Of a stretch of 64,000 nucleotides of DNA, positions 63,270 to 64,000 are shown piece after piece (position 1 is the stretch's first letter; each line of letters opens with the position of its first letter). The stretch is taken from the NCBI GenBank assembly GCA_016871255.1, contig VFZH01000001.1:8056-72055 (forward strand), given 5' to 3'. Position numbers and translations under genes: made by a program. The notes beneath the pieces were generated by a model that had not been told where the DNA came from, searched no databases, and was given only the letters and a program-made list of their open reading frames with translations. The stretch comes from Acidimicrobiia bacterium (GTDB taxonomy: Bacteria; Acidobacteriota; Vicinamibacteria; Vicinamibacterales; UBA2999).

Positions 63270-64000
63270 TCAGCCGTTCCGCGCCTCCTGACGAGCGAGC
63301 CACTGCCGGCACTCGTCGAGCGCGGCCCGCACCGCGGCGGGGGCGGTCGACTGCGGCGTCCGCTTCGCCCGCACCGACGCGATCGGTGTGGCCGCCGCGG
63401 CGGCGTCGTCGCCGAAGTGCTCGCTCGCCGCCCGCCACTCGTCCCGGGTCAGGTCGCCGAACTCGCGCCCATCGGCCAGCAGCCGCCGCACGAGGGTCCC
63501 GACGATCTCGTGCGCCCGTCTGAAGGGCACCCCGCGCGACACCAGGTAGTCGGCCACGTCGGTGGCGAGCAGCAGACCCGAGGCGGCGGCGGCCGCGCGC
63601 GACTCGACCAGCGCGAGCTTCGCGACGACGGCCGTCGTCGCGGCCAGCGACACCCGGACGGTGTCTTCCGCGTCGAAGACCGCCTCCTTGTCCTCCTGCA
63701 GGTCCTTGTTGTATCCGCTGGGCAGCCCCTTCATGGTCGTCAGCCAGCCGGTCAGGCGGCCGACGACCCTCCCGCTCTTCCCCCGCACCAGCTCCAGCGG
63801 ATCGGGGTTCTTCTTCTGCGGCATCATGCTGCTCCCGGTGGCCGACTCGTCCGCCAGCTCGAAGAAGCCGTGCTCTTCCCCCGTGAAGATCACCAGGTCC
63901 TCGGCCAGGCGGCTGACGTGCACCATCGTCAGCGCCGCGGCGTGCAGGAACGCGGCGACGAAGTCGCGATCCGAGGAGGCGTCGATGCTGTTCAGCACGA
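63270..64000 (-). CDS. argH: argininosuccinate lyase, C-terminal part (gene continues beyond the right edge)
   Basis: ORF 63270..63998(-), open to the window end. GSSMMPQKKNPDPLELVRGK is the fumarate-lyase signature region as found in ArgH. Confidence 0.9.
   Translation of the reverse strand, partial: VLNSIDASSDRDFVAAFLHAAALTMVHVSRLAEDLVIFTGEEHGFFELADESATGSSMMPQKKNPDPLELVRGKSGRVVGRLTGWLTTMKGLPSGYNKDLQEDKEAVFDAEDTVRVSLAATTAVVAKLALVESRAAAAASGLLLATDVADYLVSRGVPFRRAHEIVGTLVRRLLADGREFGDLTRDEWRAASEHFGDDAAAAATPIASVRAKRTPQSTAPAAVRAALDECRQWLARQEARNG

Overview
High-GC (roughly 68-70% by eye) bacterial chromosomal segment with dense coding. Many adjacent genes share 1-4 nt ATGA/GTGA stop-start overlaps, which suggests translational coupling. 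The carboxypeptidase-regulatory-domain TonB-type receptor and the overall gene content suggest an Acidobacteriota-like organism, but that is inference only. All calls rest on motif recognition in the supplied ORF translations and on manual reading of the DNA; no searches were run.

I can support about 70 CDS:
- A complete iscR-iscS-iscU-iscA-hscB-hscA-fdx-iscX operon.
- A cysM-mec(JAMM) cluster followed by a CysO-like sulfur carrier fused in frame to a MoeZ-type E1/rhodanese.
- A cobalamin riboswitch upstream of a btuD/C/F-like ABC importer plus a coupled DUF71 PP-loop ATPase.
- Dispersed futalosine-pathway menaquinone genes (mqnE/C-type radical SAM, mqnD, ubiE/menG).
- moaB-moeA, actP with its DUF485 partner, nadA, a superoxide dismutase, queC/queD, nagA, fabI and a partial argH.
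- One tRNA-Arg(ACG).

A small accessory patch at about 26.4-28.8 kb holds a decayed IS5-family element and a low-GC DUF1003 gene. It lies next to a two-gene PhyH-dioxygenase plus adenylase-carrier-hydrolase module and a non-canonical Nramp-like transporter.

Non-genic structure:
- A 48-bp perfect palindrome beside the tRNA.
- A 22-bp GC-rich palindromic (REP-like) unit at two loci.
- Two homologous degenerate heptanucleotide arrays in inverted orientation flanking a 1.4-kb three-gene block.
- Several -10-like hexamers 6-8 nt from start codons, suggesting leaderless mRNAs.
- Several short gene relics.

No CRISPR array, rRNA, intact transposase, integrase or recognisable defence system was seen.
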